Assembly (NCBI GenBank): GCA_036918135.1 | Contig: JBALDB010000003.1 | Coordinates: forward strand, 52,337-116,336 | DNA length: 64,000 nt | Direction of reading: 5' to 3' | Origin: Nostoc sp. | GTDB lineage: Bacteria > Cyanobacteriota > Cyanobacteriia > Cyanobacteriales > Nostocaceae | Shown here: in pieces, positions 1 to 10,759 of the stretch | How positions within the stretch are numbered: the stretch's first letter is position 1 | Layout: the number at the start of each line of letters is the position of its first letter | The notes under the pieces: model-generated | What the model was told of the DNA's origin: nothing | The model's input: the letters and a program-made list of their open reading frames with translations, nothing else | Database searches by the model: none | Position numbers and translations under genes: made by a program

Positions 1-1
1 A

Positions 2-175
2 AATGACCCCGAAAAATTGGGAGCGTTGTTGAAAAATATTCCTTTAGGTCGTTTAGGTAAGCCAGAGGATATCGCACCTATAGTTGGCTTCTTAGCCTCA
101 GCCGATGCTGATTACATTACAGGGGCAACCTTTTATGTAGATGGAGGACTCAGCCGGAACTATCATGAGCAGTAG
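2..175 (+). CDS. 3' end of an SDR-family oxidoreductase (glucose 1-dehydrogenase/FabG-like), truncated by the window edge
   Basis: Frame 2 reads ...NIPLGRLGKPEDIAPIVGFLASADADYITGATFYVDGG...HEQ*, a typical SDR C-terminus. Confidence 0.85.
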   Translation, partial: NDPEKLGALLKNIPLGRLGKPEDIAPIVGFLASADADYITGATFYVDGGLSRNYHEQ

Positions 176-512
176 GTAATTTGTGTTGGCTCTACCGTTA
201 TAGAGTTGAATAGCACGCTTGTTTAGTTATTTGTTGAGGCAATCAGGGAAGTTGTACTGAAGCCGTCGCCGATCGGAACTCTATTACTACCTAAGTTAAA
301 TGGAACGGCTCTGTATGACCCCTGTTTCGTCACTCTGGGGAGAGAAAAATATTACCCTTATCTTCAGATTTAGACATCATTAAAAATTGAGCGATCGCAT
401 CTCGATTTTTTGATTGAAATTGCCTGATTGCAAAAAATGTAAAAACAAGAGTTTGAGATTCTTCTAAAACAGCCTTGTGCAAAAGATTTTTAATTGAAAA
501 TCTAAAATTCCT

Positions 513-3173
513 ATGACTCAAGAAGAAGCAAGATTGGCAGCAGACCGCCATCGCACAGCCTACTGGAAACGATGGGGTTCCTACCTGAGTGAACGCCAGT
601 GGGGAACAGTGCGGGAAGACTATAGCCCTGATGGTAGCGCCTGGGAATTTTTTCCCCACGACCATGCTCGCTCCCGTGCCTATCGCTGGGGAGAGGATGG
701 GATTGCCGGAATTTCTGATAATCATCAGCGACTATGTTTTGCGATCGCTCTGTGGAATGGTGAGGATGCAATTCTCAAAGAAAGGCTTTTCGGCCTTACA
801 GGGAATCAAGGGAATCACGGGGAAGATGTTAAAGAATACTACTTCTACCTGGATAATACCCCTACTCACTCTTACATGAAATATCTTTATAAATATCCGC
901 AAGCTGCTTTCCCATACAACCAGCTGCTAGAAGAAAATCGACGCAGAGATCGTCTTTGTCCAGAGTTTGAATTAATCGACACGGGTATATTTGACCAAGA
1001 CCGCTATTTTGATGTATTCGTTGAGTATGCCAAGGCTTCACCTGACGATATTTTGATTCAAATTACTGCGATTAACCGAGGCCCAGAAACAAAAACGCTG
1101 CATTTGTTACCAACCCTTTGGTTTCGCAACACCTGGTCTTGGACTGATAATCAACAAGAAAAGCCGTGGCTAAAAATTAGCCAATCTAACTCAGACCTCA
1201 GCACCATCGAAGCTTATCACTCCTCATTAGAAACCCGATGGCTGTACTGTAATGGAAATCCAGAACTACTTTTTACAGAAAATGAGACTAATAATCAAAG
1301 ATTATTTGGGGTTAATAATGCTTCGGCATACGTTAAAGATGGAATAAATAATTATGTGGTAGATGGGCAAAAAACAGCCGTCAATCCCAATCGGATTGGC
1401 ACTAAATTTGCAGCTCGTTACCAATTAGAAATTGGTGCAGGCGAAACTAAAACAGTGCAGTTGCGATTAAGTGACGCACAAAATTTAATTACCCCATTTG
1501 AGAGTGAATTTGATACGATTTGGCAACAGCGCCAGCGCGAGGCAGATGAATTTTATCAGCGGATTTGTCCGTTGCCAATGTTAGAGGATAGGCAGAATGT
1601 CCAGCGACAGGCATTTGCTGGCATGTTGTGGAGTAAACAATTTTACTATTATGTAACCGAACAATGGCTAAAAGGCGATCCGGCTGGGCCGCTGCCGCCA
1701 GCATCGCGACTAAGCGGCAGAAACCATGAGTGGTTTCATGTATTTAACGACGATATACTTTCCATGCCGGATAAATGGGAATATCCTTGGTTTGCGGCTT
1801 GGGATTTAGCTTTTCATGTAATTCCGCTCTCGATGCTCGATCCCGACTTCGCCAAACTGCAACTGAGTCGCTTGACACGAGAATGGTATATGCATCCTAA
1901 CGGTCAGCTACCAGCTTATGAATGGGCTTTTAGCGATGTCAATCCGCCCGTTCATGCTTGGGCAACATGGCAGGTTTATCAGATCGAGCAAAAAATCTAT
2001 GGTCGTGCAGATAAAAAATTTCTGGAGAGTGTCTTCCAAAAATTGCTGCTAAATTTTACTTGGTGGGTTAACCGGAAAGATTTTGAGGGTAAAAATATCT
2101 TTCAGGGTGGCTTTCTAGGTATGGATAATATTGGTATCTTCGACCGTAGCGTTCAACTCCCAACTGGTGGATATCTGCAACAAGCAGATGGTACAAGTTG
2201 GATGGCGATGTATTCTCTGAATATGTTGACGATCGCCTTAGAGTTAGCAAAAGAAAATTCTACTTATGAAGACATCGCCAGCAAGTTTTTCGAGCATTTC
2301 TTGTACATTGCTGATGCCATGAATGGTGTTGGTGAAGCGGAAATAGCATTATGGGATGAAAGTGATGGCTTTTACTACGATGCCCTACATTTACCAAATG
2401 GTAATCAATTCCCGATGCAAGTGCGATCGCTAGTGGGGTTAATCCCATTGTGTGCCGTGAGCATTTTAGAACCAGAAACCTTAGAGCGACTCCCAGGCTT
2501 TAAGCAACGGACGGAATGGTTTTTGACAAATCGCACCGATCTGACCGGAAATATCGCTTGTATGCAGAAACAAGGTGTTGGCGAACGCCGACTGTTAGCG
2601 ATTGTTTATCAAGATAAGCTCCGTCGCATCTTAGAAAAGATGTTAGACGCAACAGAATTCTTCGGGACTTATGGTATTCGCTCTGTTTCTAAAGTTCATG
2701 CATCCGCTCCTTACGTTTTAACGGTAGATAATCAGGAGTATCGAGTCGATTATGAACCTGCCGAGTCTACCACAGGAATGTTTGGCGGTAATTCTAACTG
2801 GCGTGGCCCAATTTGGTTTCCGATTAATTATCTACTCCTAGAATCACTACAAAAGTTCTATCACTACTTCGGCGATGATTTCAAAGTTGAGTGTCCCACA
2901 GGTTCAGGTCAAATGATGACGCTTAAGGAAGTATCAATTGAATTAGCTCAAAGGCTGATCCAAATTTTTCTCAAAGATGCTTCTGGTCGGCGACCTTTTT
3001 ATGGTGGAACAGAAAAATTTCAAACTGACCCGAATTGGCACGATTTGATTCTGTTCAATGAATATTTTCATGGAGATAATGGCGCTGGTATTGGTGCTAG
3101 TCACCAAACTGGTTGGACAGGTTTAATCGCCAAACTAATTCAGCAATGTGCAGAACAGATGTTGTCAGATTAA
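513..3173 (+). CDS. Glycoside hydrolase family 63-like (MGH1-like) glucosidase
   Basis: 886 aa; [34 protein letters not shown] and [21 protein letters not shown] motifs. Confidence 0.85.
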   Translation: MTQEEARLAADRHRTAYWKRWGSYLSERQWGTVREDYSPDGSAWEFFPHDHARSRAYRWGEDGIAGISDNHQRLCFAIALWNGEDAILKERLFGLTGNQGNHGEDVKEYYFYLDNTPTHSYMKYLYKYPQAAFPYNQLLEENRRRDRLCPEFELIDTGIFDQDRYFDVFVEYAKASPDDILIQITAINRGPETKTLHLLPTLWFRNTWSWTDNQQEKPWLKISQSNSDLSTIEAYHSSLETRWLYCNGNPELLFTENETNNQRLFGVNNASAYVKDGINNYVVDGQKTAVNPNRIGTKFAARYQLEIGAGETKTVQLRLSDAQNLITPFESEFDTIWQQRQREADEFYQRICPLPMLEDRQNVQRQAFAGMLWSKQFYYYVTEQWLKGDPAGPLPPASRLSGRNHEWFHVFNDDILSMPDKWEYPWFAAWDLAFHVIPLSMLDPDFAKLQLSRLTREWYMHPNGQLPAYEWAFSDVNPPVHAWATWQVYQIEQKIYGRADKKFLESVFQKLLLNFTWWVNRKDFEGKNIFQGGFLGMDNIGIFDRSVQLPTGGYLQQADGTSWMAMYSLNMLTIALELAKENSTYEDIASKFFEHFLYIADAMNGVGEAEIALWDESDGFYYDALHLPNGNQFPMQVRSLVGLIPLCAVSILEPETLERLPGFKQRTEWFLTNRTDLTGNIACMQKQGVGERRLLAIVYQDKLRRILEKMLDATEFFGTYGIRSVSKVHASAPYVLTVDNQEYRVDYEPAESTTGMFGGNSNWRGPIWFPINYLLLESLQKFYHYFGDDFKVECPTGSGQMMTLKEVSIELAQRLIQIFLKDASGRRPFYGGTEKFQTDPNWHDLILFNEYFHGDNGAGIGASHQTGWTGLIAKLIQQCAEQMLSD

Positions 3174-3235
3174 TTTCAGACTTTGGGAAATCGCTAATTG
3201 GCGAAAATGTCTATGTGAACAACACCACGAAAAGC

Positions 3236-3330
3236 GAATTGGTAATTGCTAATTGGTAATTGGAATAAATAACTGACGATTACCCATTACCCATTACCCA
3301 TTACCTTTTTCCCAATTCCCAATTACCAAA
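3236..3330. repeat. STRR-type short tandem repeats in inverted arrangement (AATTGGT / TTACCCA), probable hairpin downstream of the GH63 gene
   Basis: Heptamer runs visible directly. Confidence 0.7.
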
Positions 3331-3499
3331 AAGACCAATCATATTGTAAGTAATTAGCCGAACTTAATATCAAACTCAATCACAGGCAGATGATAAAAGA
3401 ACAACTGCTGTTTCTTGACAATATACTGCACATAGTAATTTGGCACGATCGCACCTTGCTCAATCAAAAGGGAAATTACTAAACCAGCAACACAAATTA

Positions 3500-3673
3500 T
3501 ACCAATTTTAAAAAAGAATACGACAGATATATACGGACATACCTTTGTTCTGTGTGGCTTTCTTAATGCGTGAATTTTGTTAGCGTAGCGTTAGCAAGTC
3601 CACGTACTCTTACAGAGAAGCAAGCTACGCGCAGCGTCTCGTAGAGAGCGTCATTTTGAATTTTGAATTGGTA
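3500..3673. mobile_element. MITE-like element with TACCAATT...AATTGGTA ends, containing small dispersed repeats
   Basis: Terminal inverted repeats; internal AGCAAGCTACGCGCAGCGTCTCGTAGAG repeat-like segment. Confidence 0.5.
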
Positions 3674-3894
3674 TTACCCTTTTTTCACAAAGCAGGTTTT
3701 AAACAAAGTAATTGCTTGATGTATATTTTATATATTATTATCAACTATAATTAAGATAAAAAAAAATTATAATACTTGAGCAAACTTTTTTCTGAAAATA
3801 GAAGTAAATCAAGGAGTAAAAAGTATTGTATTTTGATAAGATTCAAAAAATAACAAAATTAAAATAACAGAATTATAAGTTCTGTAGAGATAGC

Positions 3895-4638
3895 ATGGTC
3901 TTTAGGTACGGGTTCGTTGCATCTAGCTTAATAGTTTTCTTCGCATTTGGCTGTAGTAATGGGGCAAACTCATCAAAAGAAAATACCACACAATTTGTAC
4001 AGGAAAGTAATGTAACCCAGCTTTTAGTAGAAGCGAAGGCTACCCAAAATGCAGAAGCTTTCGTGACTCAAGGCAATAATTTATTAGATAACCAGCGTTA
4101 CCAAGATGCAATCAAAGCATACGACAAAGCGATCGCCATGAAAGCTGAGATTGCTGAAGCTTGGATCAACCGTGGGATAGCTTTAACATCCCTGCACCGC
4201 TACAAAGACGCTGTTGCTTCCTACGATCGAGCGATCGCCATCAAGCCTGACAAAGATGAAGCTTGGTATAACCGTGGTATAGCCTTAACATCGCTGCAAC
4301 GCTACCAAGACGCTGTTGCATCTTACAATCGAGCGCTCGCTATCAAGCCTAACAAGTATGAAGCCTTAACCAACCGAGGCATTGCTTTGACAAAGTTGAA
4401 ACGCTATCAACAAGCGATCGCATCTTACGATCGAGCGATCGCCATCAAACAAGATTTGCACCAAGCATATTACAACAAAGCTTGTTCTTATGCTTTACAG
4501 GGCGATGTAGAATTAGCAACTGAAAACCTAGACCGAGCGATTCAACTTGTTCCACAAAAGTACAAAAAGCTAGCCAAAACTGACCCTGACTTTAACAAAG
4601 TGCGTAGTCAAAAGCGGTTTCAGGAATTACTGCAATAG
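3895..4638 (+). CDS. Tetratricopeptide repeat protein, probable lipoprotein
   Basis: N-terminal hydrophobic stretch ending FAFGC; 34-aa repeats (AWxNRGIALTSL.RY.DA.ASYDRAIAIKP). Confidence 0.9.
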   Translation: MVFRYGFVASSLIVFFAFGCSNGANSSKENTTQFVQESNVTQLLVEAKATQNAEAFVTQGNNLLDNQRYQDAIKAYDKAIAMKAEIAEAWINRGIALTSLHRYKDAVASYDRAIAIKPDKDEAWYNRGIALTSLQRYQDAVASYNRALAIKPNKYEALTNRGIALTKLKRYQQAIASYDRAIAIKQDLHQAYYNKACSYALQGDVELATENLDRAIQLVPQKYKKLAKTDPDFNKVRSQKRFQELLQ

Positions 4639-4956
4639 ACGGCCATTGAAAAGAAGCATAGGCGTAGACAGGAAAGACTTGCTGCAACTTCTCCTCTGCT
4701 TTCCATTCCTTATATCCTAAAGCCACTTGACCGAATAATTACTCCCTTCCCAGTGTCAGATTACCGATGTAATTTTTTAATCCTCTGTTCCCTTGCTCCC
4801 TTACTGCCTAAATGGGAATCTTCTGGCGCACAAGGAGTAATAGTGCAAGCCCTTCAATTAATTAATGTAAAAAAATATTTAGTCAATTTCTCTGCCTGCA
4901 ACTAAAGTCTAGGGGTAATAACTAGAAATTACTAATTATCAATTACAAATTATGTT

Positions 4957-5172
4957 ATATCATGTCCAGCTAATCACTTGTGATTAAAATCTCTCTACGT
5001 GTCCTTGTATCAGCCTAAATGATACAGCAGTTTGCAAGTAAATGAGGTACAAAACGTAGGACTCACGTATCAAATATAAAGAGTTTCTACCTTCTGCCTT
5101 CTGCCTTAAAACCTGTAACTTTGTACCTCATGCAAAAGAAAAGTGCTGTAAGTCTTTAAACGGACATGATAT
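4957..5172. mobile_element. MITE family A (ATATCATGTCC...GGACATGATAT), interrupted by a family B MITE
   Basis: 11-bp terminal inverted repeats; uninterrupted relatives at 50233-50325 and 55546-55648. Confidence 0.7.
5023..5150. mobile_element. MITE family B (TACAGCA...TGCTGTA, internal GAGGTACAAA/TTTGTACCTC)
   Basis: Terminal inverted repeats; inverted relative at 35499-35617. Confidence 0.75.
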
Positions 5173-5219
5173 TAACGGGAGTAAATAAGTCAAAAAATCA
5201 AAGCTGATTACTGTAGTAA

Positions 5220-6641
5220 CTAGCTGATATTCTCAAACCAAGCTTCTAAATCTCCGACACAAGAAAAATACAGTAACGCTTCAGCTAAATTTTCCAGATC
5301 AGGGGTTGACAAATTTGCAATTCTGCTTTTTATCTGTGGACTAATTTCTCCCAAGCGCCGATTAAGTAGACGCATTAACAATTTTAATTCTCCCTGCTTT
5401 TGGGCTTGTTGCATCCAACTGTTAACTATCTGTATGACTTTTTCCTGCTGTTTTGGTTCAATGGTAGCAAGTTGCTCTTGAAACACTACTTCTTGTTGGG
5501 AACTCAATTCTAAATATGTATTAATACCAGAAATTAACTGCCCTTGTGCAGGGTTGAGTTGAAAACTTGTTAACAATGTTAATTCTAATGGGTTTGCTGT
5601 TGGATCGTAAATCCAACTCACAACAGAACCTTCTAATTGCTGATAAGATTCTACACTGTTAGCAAGGGCGATCGCTAGTTGTTGTATTTCTTTGAGGTGA
5701 AGATTTTCATCAGCAGATACCGCTTGTTTTAATTTTTGGGCTAGTTGTTGTAATTGACTTTGGCTGAAAATTTGGTTTTGGTTGGGGTCAATGATTTGTA
5801 ATAAAACTGAAAAACGAGAAGTTTTTGAGGCTGTGAGAATTTGTTGGACAGCCGCGGTGACTGCGGCTTGATTGCGTTTTTTTTGGACTCGTTCCCATTC
5901 GCTTTGAATGCTTTGTAATGCTTTCAGAGTAAGATTTAAACGAGCTTTCTTTAACTCAGGAGTTTCTCTTTGAAACAAATCCGGATAAATTGTTACTTTC
6001 TTTAGTTCAGATTGGGTAGAATTCAAGCAATCGCTCAAACAGCGTTCAAAGGTTTCCCCATTCCCATTACTAACATTTTCTACTAATTGATGATATATGT
6101 ATTCTTGAGAACAAATTTCATCTTTGAGGATGGTAGTTACAATTTCTGCTATTAACTTTTGATAGCTGTCAGATAAGGAATTAGATACTGCGTCTGGGGT
6201 AACTTTTGCTATTAGATTAGGCTTTACTAAACTTTCTTCAAAAGTAGGGGAAGTAGGTATTTTTTCTTGACTTGGTGTTGCTAAGCTTTGGCGAGAATTT
6301 GTAGGTGAAGCATTTGCTTGAGAATTAGATAAGTAATAATCTGCTAAAGACCCGCAGAGAAACTCTTCACGAAAGCGGTCTATTTTTGCAGTTGAGTATA
6401 ATCGGCACTGACGATGTTTCTGATAGAAACCAAAAAAGAGTAAGCCTGCGATGACTCCTATACCAATTCCTGTAATAGCAAAGTTTACATCTTCTGAAGT
6501 ATCATTTTGTTGCTCATATTCGACAGTCGGATTAAAAGATGCATCTTGAGCAACAGCATAGTTACTTCTTAAAGTTAGCTGCACGCTAGTTGCGATCGCC
6601 GCCGATAGGATAAATCTAAATATTAATTTTGATTTGTGCAT
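5220..6641 (-). CDS. Membrane-anchored protein with C-terminal DUF4351 domain
   Basis: Signal-like N-terminus plus TM segment; C-terminal LLMRLLNRRLGEI...LENLAEALLYF...DLEAW matches DUF4351. Confidence 0.75.
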   Translation of the reverse strand: MHKSKLIFRFILSAAIATSVQLTLRSNYAVAQDASFNPTVEYEQQNDTSEDVNFAITGIGIGVIAGLLFFGFYQKHRQCRLYSTAKIDRFREEFLCGSLADYYLSNSQANASPTNSRQSLATPSQEKIPTSPTFEESLVKPNLIAKVTPDAVSNSLSDSYQKLIAEIVTTILKDEICSQEYIYHQLVENVSNGNGETFERCLSDCLNSTQSELKKVTIYPDLFQRETPELKKARLNLTLKALQSIQSEWERVQKKRNQAAVTAAVQQILTASKTSRFSVLLQIIDPNQNQIFSQSQLQQLAQKLKQAVSADENLHLKEIQQLAIALANSVESYQQLEGSVVSWIYDPTANPLELTLLTSFQLNPAQGQLISGINTYLELSSQQEVVFQEQLATIEPKQQEKVIQIVNSWMQQAQKQGELKLLMRLLNRRLGEISPQIKSRIANLSTPDLENLAEALLYFSCVGDLEAWFENIS

Positions 6642-7071
6642 AATCTAACAGTTTAATATATTATCAACTTCTGGGTTGCTTTGGATTTAATCTAGACATC
6701 GAAATTAAACTCATATATTTAGAGTAATAAACTTTACCGATAGTAGTATCCGGAATATCTTCTAATTTTTTAACATTTTGGCATCTTATATCATCCTGAC
6801 CAAACAAGATTTTAACTTATGGGTGATGGCGATCGTATTACTTAACAGAAAAATTTACTGATAAATAAAAATTTTTAGTGAACAAATATCACAATACAAA
6901 ATTATTACTTCGGGGATTTACTAAATAGAGTAACGCATAAAACCATTAACCGATGTGTATTGAAAAACGTAGTAAAAAAAGCATCATTAAAGCATCGCAA
7001 TCATGCTTAAAAGTAACTAAGAGATGCATGTTAATGTTTTAATCTCATCGTCTTACTTTGTACTTCTTACT

Positions 7072-10000
7072 ATGCATCTGCACTATTCGCACCCCCAACA
7101 CCTTGAAGAATTAGTCAAGAGTAGTGGTATAGACTTACACTTAGTGCATCTCAATTTTCGGTCACTCCAAGGTGTAACTGCTTATGAGTACTTGTTGATT
7201 TCTCAGCTACTTCCTCGCACTAATACGGGAATGGTAAAAAGTAGTTGGTTGCAGCGTTACGCTCATATTACTGAAGGTGGTTGGTGGTGTTCAGGACTAG
7301 ACCCCTTAAATAATTGGCAAATCATGGAATGGGGATGCTTTAAACCAAACCAACCTCGAAAAAATAACAATGGCAAATTTATCAAATACGAGCATCCCCC
7401 CAGCACGCCAACGCGGGTATTTTGTTTGCGGGTAACACAGCAAGTCTGGCAGCAAGTTGCAGGGCGTTACAATCTGCTAATGCCTGATGATATGACTATT
7501 ACCCCCGATGGCGAAGCTAGCGGTTTTTGGCAATGGGTGATAGAAAAGAATATTCCTGTGATTATCTGCGAGGGTGTGAAGAAAGCAGCAGCGCTACTGA
7601 CACAAGGATATGCAGCTATTGGTGTTCCTGGAATTACCAGTGGTTATCGGGTTATCAAAGATGAATTTGGTAAAATCACCCGTCGCCAGCTAATTCCTGA
7701 CTTAGCCGCCTTGGCGATGACAAAGCGTCGCTTTTATATTTGCTTTGATTTTGAAACTCAGCCGAAAAAAATTGCTGCTATAAATAATGCCATTTCTCAA
7801 CTTGGTTGTTTACTCCAGCAAAAAAATTGCCCTGTTAAAGTTATCGAACTTCCAGGAACAGAAAAAGGCGTTGATGATTTTATTATTGCCAAAGGTGCAA
7901 GTAATTTTGAGAAACTTTATCGTCAAAGTCTTGATTTAGAAATTTATCTTGCCCAAACCAAACTCCACACCGAATTAAGTATTCCTGCTACATTAACTTT
8001 TGACCGTCCTTACATAGGCGAAATACTTTTGCCAACCTCTGGATTAGTAGGAGTAAAATCAGCAAAAGGAACAGGTAAAACTACAGCATTACAAAGTGTT
8101 TTACAGCGAGCAAAAAATAGAAATCAACCTATTTTATTAATTACTCATAGAATTCTACTTGGACGATTTTTGTGTGAAAAAATTGGTATCCAATGGGGAC
8201 TAGGAATGAGTGACTGGGAATTAAATAATAATTTTCTCAATCACCAATACTCAATTCCCAAATCTTTTGGTTTATGCGTTGATTCAATTTGGAAATTAAA
8301 TCCTGAAGATTGGTATGGGGCAATAGTAGTTTTGGATGAAGTCGAACAAACTTTATGGCATCTACTAAATAGTAATACTTGTAAAAATAAGCGGATCAAA
8401 ATATTAAAATTATTTCAACAACTAATTGCTACAGTTTTAACAACCGGAGGATTAGTAATTGCTCAAGATGCTGACTTATCAGATGTTTCACTTGAATATT
8501 TACAAGGATTAGCAGGAATAAAATTAATACCTTGGATAGTTCTTAACGAGTGGAAACCTCGGCAAGGATGGGACGTTACTTTTTATGATTCACCGAATCC
8601 AACACCGCTAATTCATCAACTAGAACTAGATTTACTTGCTGGGCGTAAATGTTATGTCACTACTGATAGTCGTGCTGGGCGTTACAGTTGTGAAACCATA
8701 GAACGTTATTTAAAAGAACGGTTACAAAAATTAAGACAACAGTTTCCTCAAACTTTAGTAGTTAGCAGTCACACTACAAACACACCAGGTCACGCAGCAG
8801 TAGATTTTATTGCAGCTATTAATCAAAAAATCTCTGAATATGATGGTGTTTTTGTTACCCCTAGTCTTGGTACGGGAATTAGTATTGATGTTCAACATTT
8901 CGACCGAGTTTATGGGATTTTTCAAGGTGTAATTCCTGACTCGGAAGCACGACAGGCATTAGCAAGAGTGCGAGATAATGTACCGCGTATTGTCTGGTGC
9001 GCTAAGCGAGGTGTTGGTTTAATTGGAAGTGGTAGTACAAATTATCGTTTGCTATCTGACTGGTATCAAGAAAATCAAAAAGAAAATTTAGCTTTGCTCA
9101 GTCCATTACATAAAATAGATGTGGATTTACCTTTAGTTCATGACCCAATTCATTTGCGAACATGGGCAAAATTATCTGCTAAAGTAAACGCATCGATTCG
9201 CCTCTACCGTCAATCAATGCAAGATGGTTTAATTGCTGACGGACATATGATTAAAATGCGAAGTAATGCAGTTCATAATAATATTATACGAGATTTGCGC
9301 CTTGCCTTCTTAGCAACTGAGCCGAATGATTTCGCAACTCGTAAGAAATTAATTTTAGAAATTATCAAAGTCCAAAAAGATTGGGTACAAAGCCGACAAA
9401 AAGCTAAAGATATTAAATATAAAATTAAAGAAATTAAACAACAAAATCAATTAATATCTGCAAAATCTGTAGCTAACGCTAAAGATATCGATTATGTAGA
9501 ATATGAGCGGCTATTAATTAAACATTCTTTGACTGATGAAGAACGCAACCAAATTAATAAATATGTTCTCAGACAAAAATATGGAATAGAAGTTACTCCT
9601 GCGCTGAAATTACAGGACGACCAAGGATATTATACTCAATTATTATTTCACTATTATCTGATTCATGAAAGCGAGTATTTTAATATTAGAGATTGGCAAG
9701 AATGGTATCAGCAATTATCTTACGGTCAAGGAAAGGTTTTTCTACCAGATTTAAAGACTTACACTCTAAAAGTTGAGGCAATGAGAGCTTTAGGTATATT
9801 GCAATTCCTGGAAATAGGACGAGAATTTACAGAAAATAATACTGAGTTAATTTTATTAAAAAATGTTGCTTTTCAGTATAGTAAGCATATTAAAAGAGTA
9901 CTTGGTATTAGTTTCTTTGGAAACAAAGAACAACTTTGGGGAATTAAAATACTCACCCGATTATTAAATTTGTTAGGGTTAAAACTCAAGCGAGTAAATG

Positions 10001-10215
10001 AAGTTTATCAAATCGATTCAGCAACATTAAATGATGGTAGAGAAAAAATATTTGCAGTTTGGCATCAACGAGATGAATTGATGTTGGCTCATGTTAAGAG
10101 CGGTGGCTATAGAGTAGCTGATTATTCACCATTCAAGACAGAGATTATCGAAACCAAGTCTGAGAGGGTAGATTGGAGATTATCTACGCCTAGTCTCCCG
10201 TTATCTAAAATATGA
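7072..10215 (+). CDS. CyRepA1-family plasmid replication protein (DUF3854 TOPRIM-like primase + helicase); upstream in-frame ATG at 7024
   Basis: KYEHPP, IICEGVKKA, ICFDFET, KGVDD primase motifs; Walker A SAKGTGKTT; Walker B VVLDEVEQ; TPSLGTGISID; RQALARVR. Confidence 0.85.
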   Translation: MHLHYSHPQHLEELVKSSGIDLHLVHLNFRSLQGVTAYEYLLISQLLPRTNTGMVKSSWLQRYAHITEGGWWCSGLDPLNNWQIMEWGCFKPNQPRKNNNGKFIKYEHPPSTPTRVFCLRVTQQVWQQVAGRYNLLMPDDMTITPDGEASGFWQWVIEKNIPVIICEGVKKAAALLTQGYAAIGVPGITSGYRVIKDEFGKITRRQLIPDLAALAMTKRRFYICFDFETQPKKIAAINNAISQLGCLLQQKNCPVKVIELPGTEKGVDDFIIAKGASNFEKLYRQSLDLEIYLAQTKLHTELSIPATLTFDRPYIGEILLPTSGLVGVKSAKGTGKTTALQSVLQRAKNRNQPILLITHRILLGRFLCEKIGIQWGLGMSDWELNNNFLNHQYSIPKSFGLCVDSIWKLNPEDWYGAIVVLDEVEQTLWHLLNSNTCKNKRIKILKLFQQLIATVLTTGGLVIAQDADLSDVSLEYLQGLAGIKLIPWIVLNEWKPRQGWDVTFYDSPNPTPLIHQLELDLLAGRKCYVTTDSRAGRYSCETIERYLKERLQKLRQQFPQTLVVSSHTTNTPGHAAVDFIAAINQKISEYDGVFVTPSLGTGISIDVQHFDRVYGIFQGVIPDSEARQALARVRDNVPRIVWCAKRGVGLIGSGSTNYRLLSDWYQENQKENLALLSPLHKIDVDLPLVHDPIHLRTWAKLSAKVNASIRLYRQSMQDGLIADGHMIKMRSNAVHNNIIRDLRLAFLATEPNDFATRKKLILEIIKVQKDWVQSRQKAKDIKYKIKEIKQQNQLISAKSVANAKDIDYVEYERLLIKHSLTDEERNQINKYVLRQKYGIEVTPALKLQDDQGYYTQLLFHYYLIHESEYFNIRDWQEWYQQLSYGQGKVFLPDLKTYTLKVEAMRALGILQFLEIGREFTENNTELILLKNVAFQYSKHIKRVLGISFFGNKEQLWGIKILTRLLNLLGLKLKRVNEVYQIDSATLNDGREKIFAVWHQRDELMLAHVKSGGYRVADYSPFKTEIIETKSERVDWRLSTPSLPLSKI

Positions 10216-10225
10216 GAACCTTTAA

Positions 10226-10322
10226 TAGGGGAACTCCAACAAATAAATTATTCCGTTTGAAGTTGATGACTGTTGACTGTTGAGTGTAAATAGTGGGATA
10301 TTTTTTATAAAGGAAGTTCCTA
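10226..10322. mobile_element. MITE-like element (TAGGGGAACTCC...GGAAGTTCCTA) with internal TGTTGAC repeats
   Basis: Imperfect terminal inverted repeats; similar right end (TTTATTTTCTGGAAGTCCCTA) near 23945-23965. Confidence 0.55.
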
Positions 10323-10759
10323 ACCGCTTAAGAAATGCTTTCAAACTCAGGTTGGGTATGGGAATCGTTCTTTAACAGTTGGCAGACAAACTAGTTGAGA
10401 ACGGAGCGGGTAGTGAACTGTGCCAAATCAACTTTTGGCAGTACTCACCAAAATCGAAATTAACGGTCGTTTATCTGATAAATCCTATAGGTAATGAAAT
10501 TGCCTCTTACAAGGACACGCTTAAAAGTAAAGTTGATACCTCCGGTAAACACCTACTCAAGGTTAAGCACTTGCAAACTAAGCTAATATCCACAGTTGCC
10601 AATGTTCTGTTTCGTAAGTTGTTGAGAGCTTGCGCCAAACAAACCCCATTGGTTAATGACTTATGACTAATTACTAATGACAATCTCCCAATAGTGGGGG
10701 GTTGTAAAATGATTTAATACTTTAGAGTGAAATTAAATATATAAAAGAGCAATTTTCAA

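Noticed and set aside
6749..6754. TCCGGA (DIF1 heterocyst-promoter motif) between the DUF4351 and rep genes
   Set aside because: A single hexamer with no convincing matching -10 and no TSS data
10366..10377. CGTTCTTTAACA resembling an enterobacterial boxA antiterminator
   Set aside because: No rRNA operon context; the match is short and better explained as part of a stem
10379..10666. 95-aa ORF between the rep gene and NADAR
   Set aside because: TTG start, no recognisable motif, ends in STRR-like sequence; not called as a CDS
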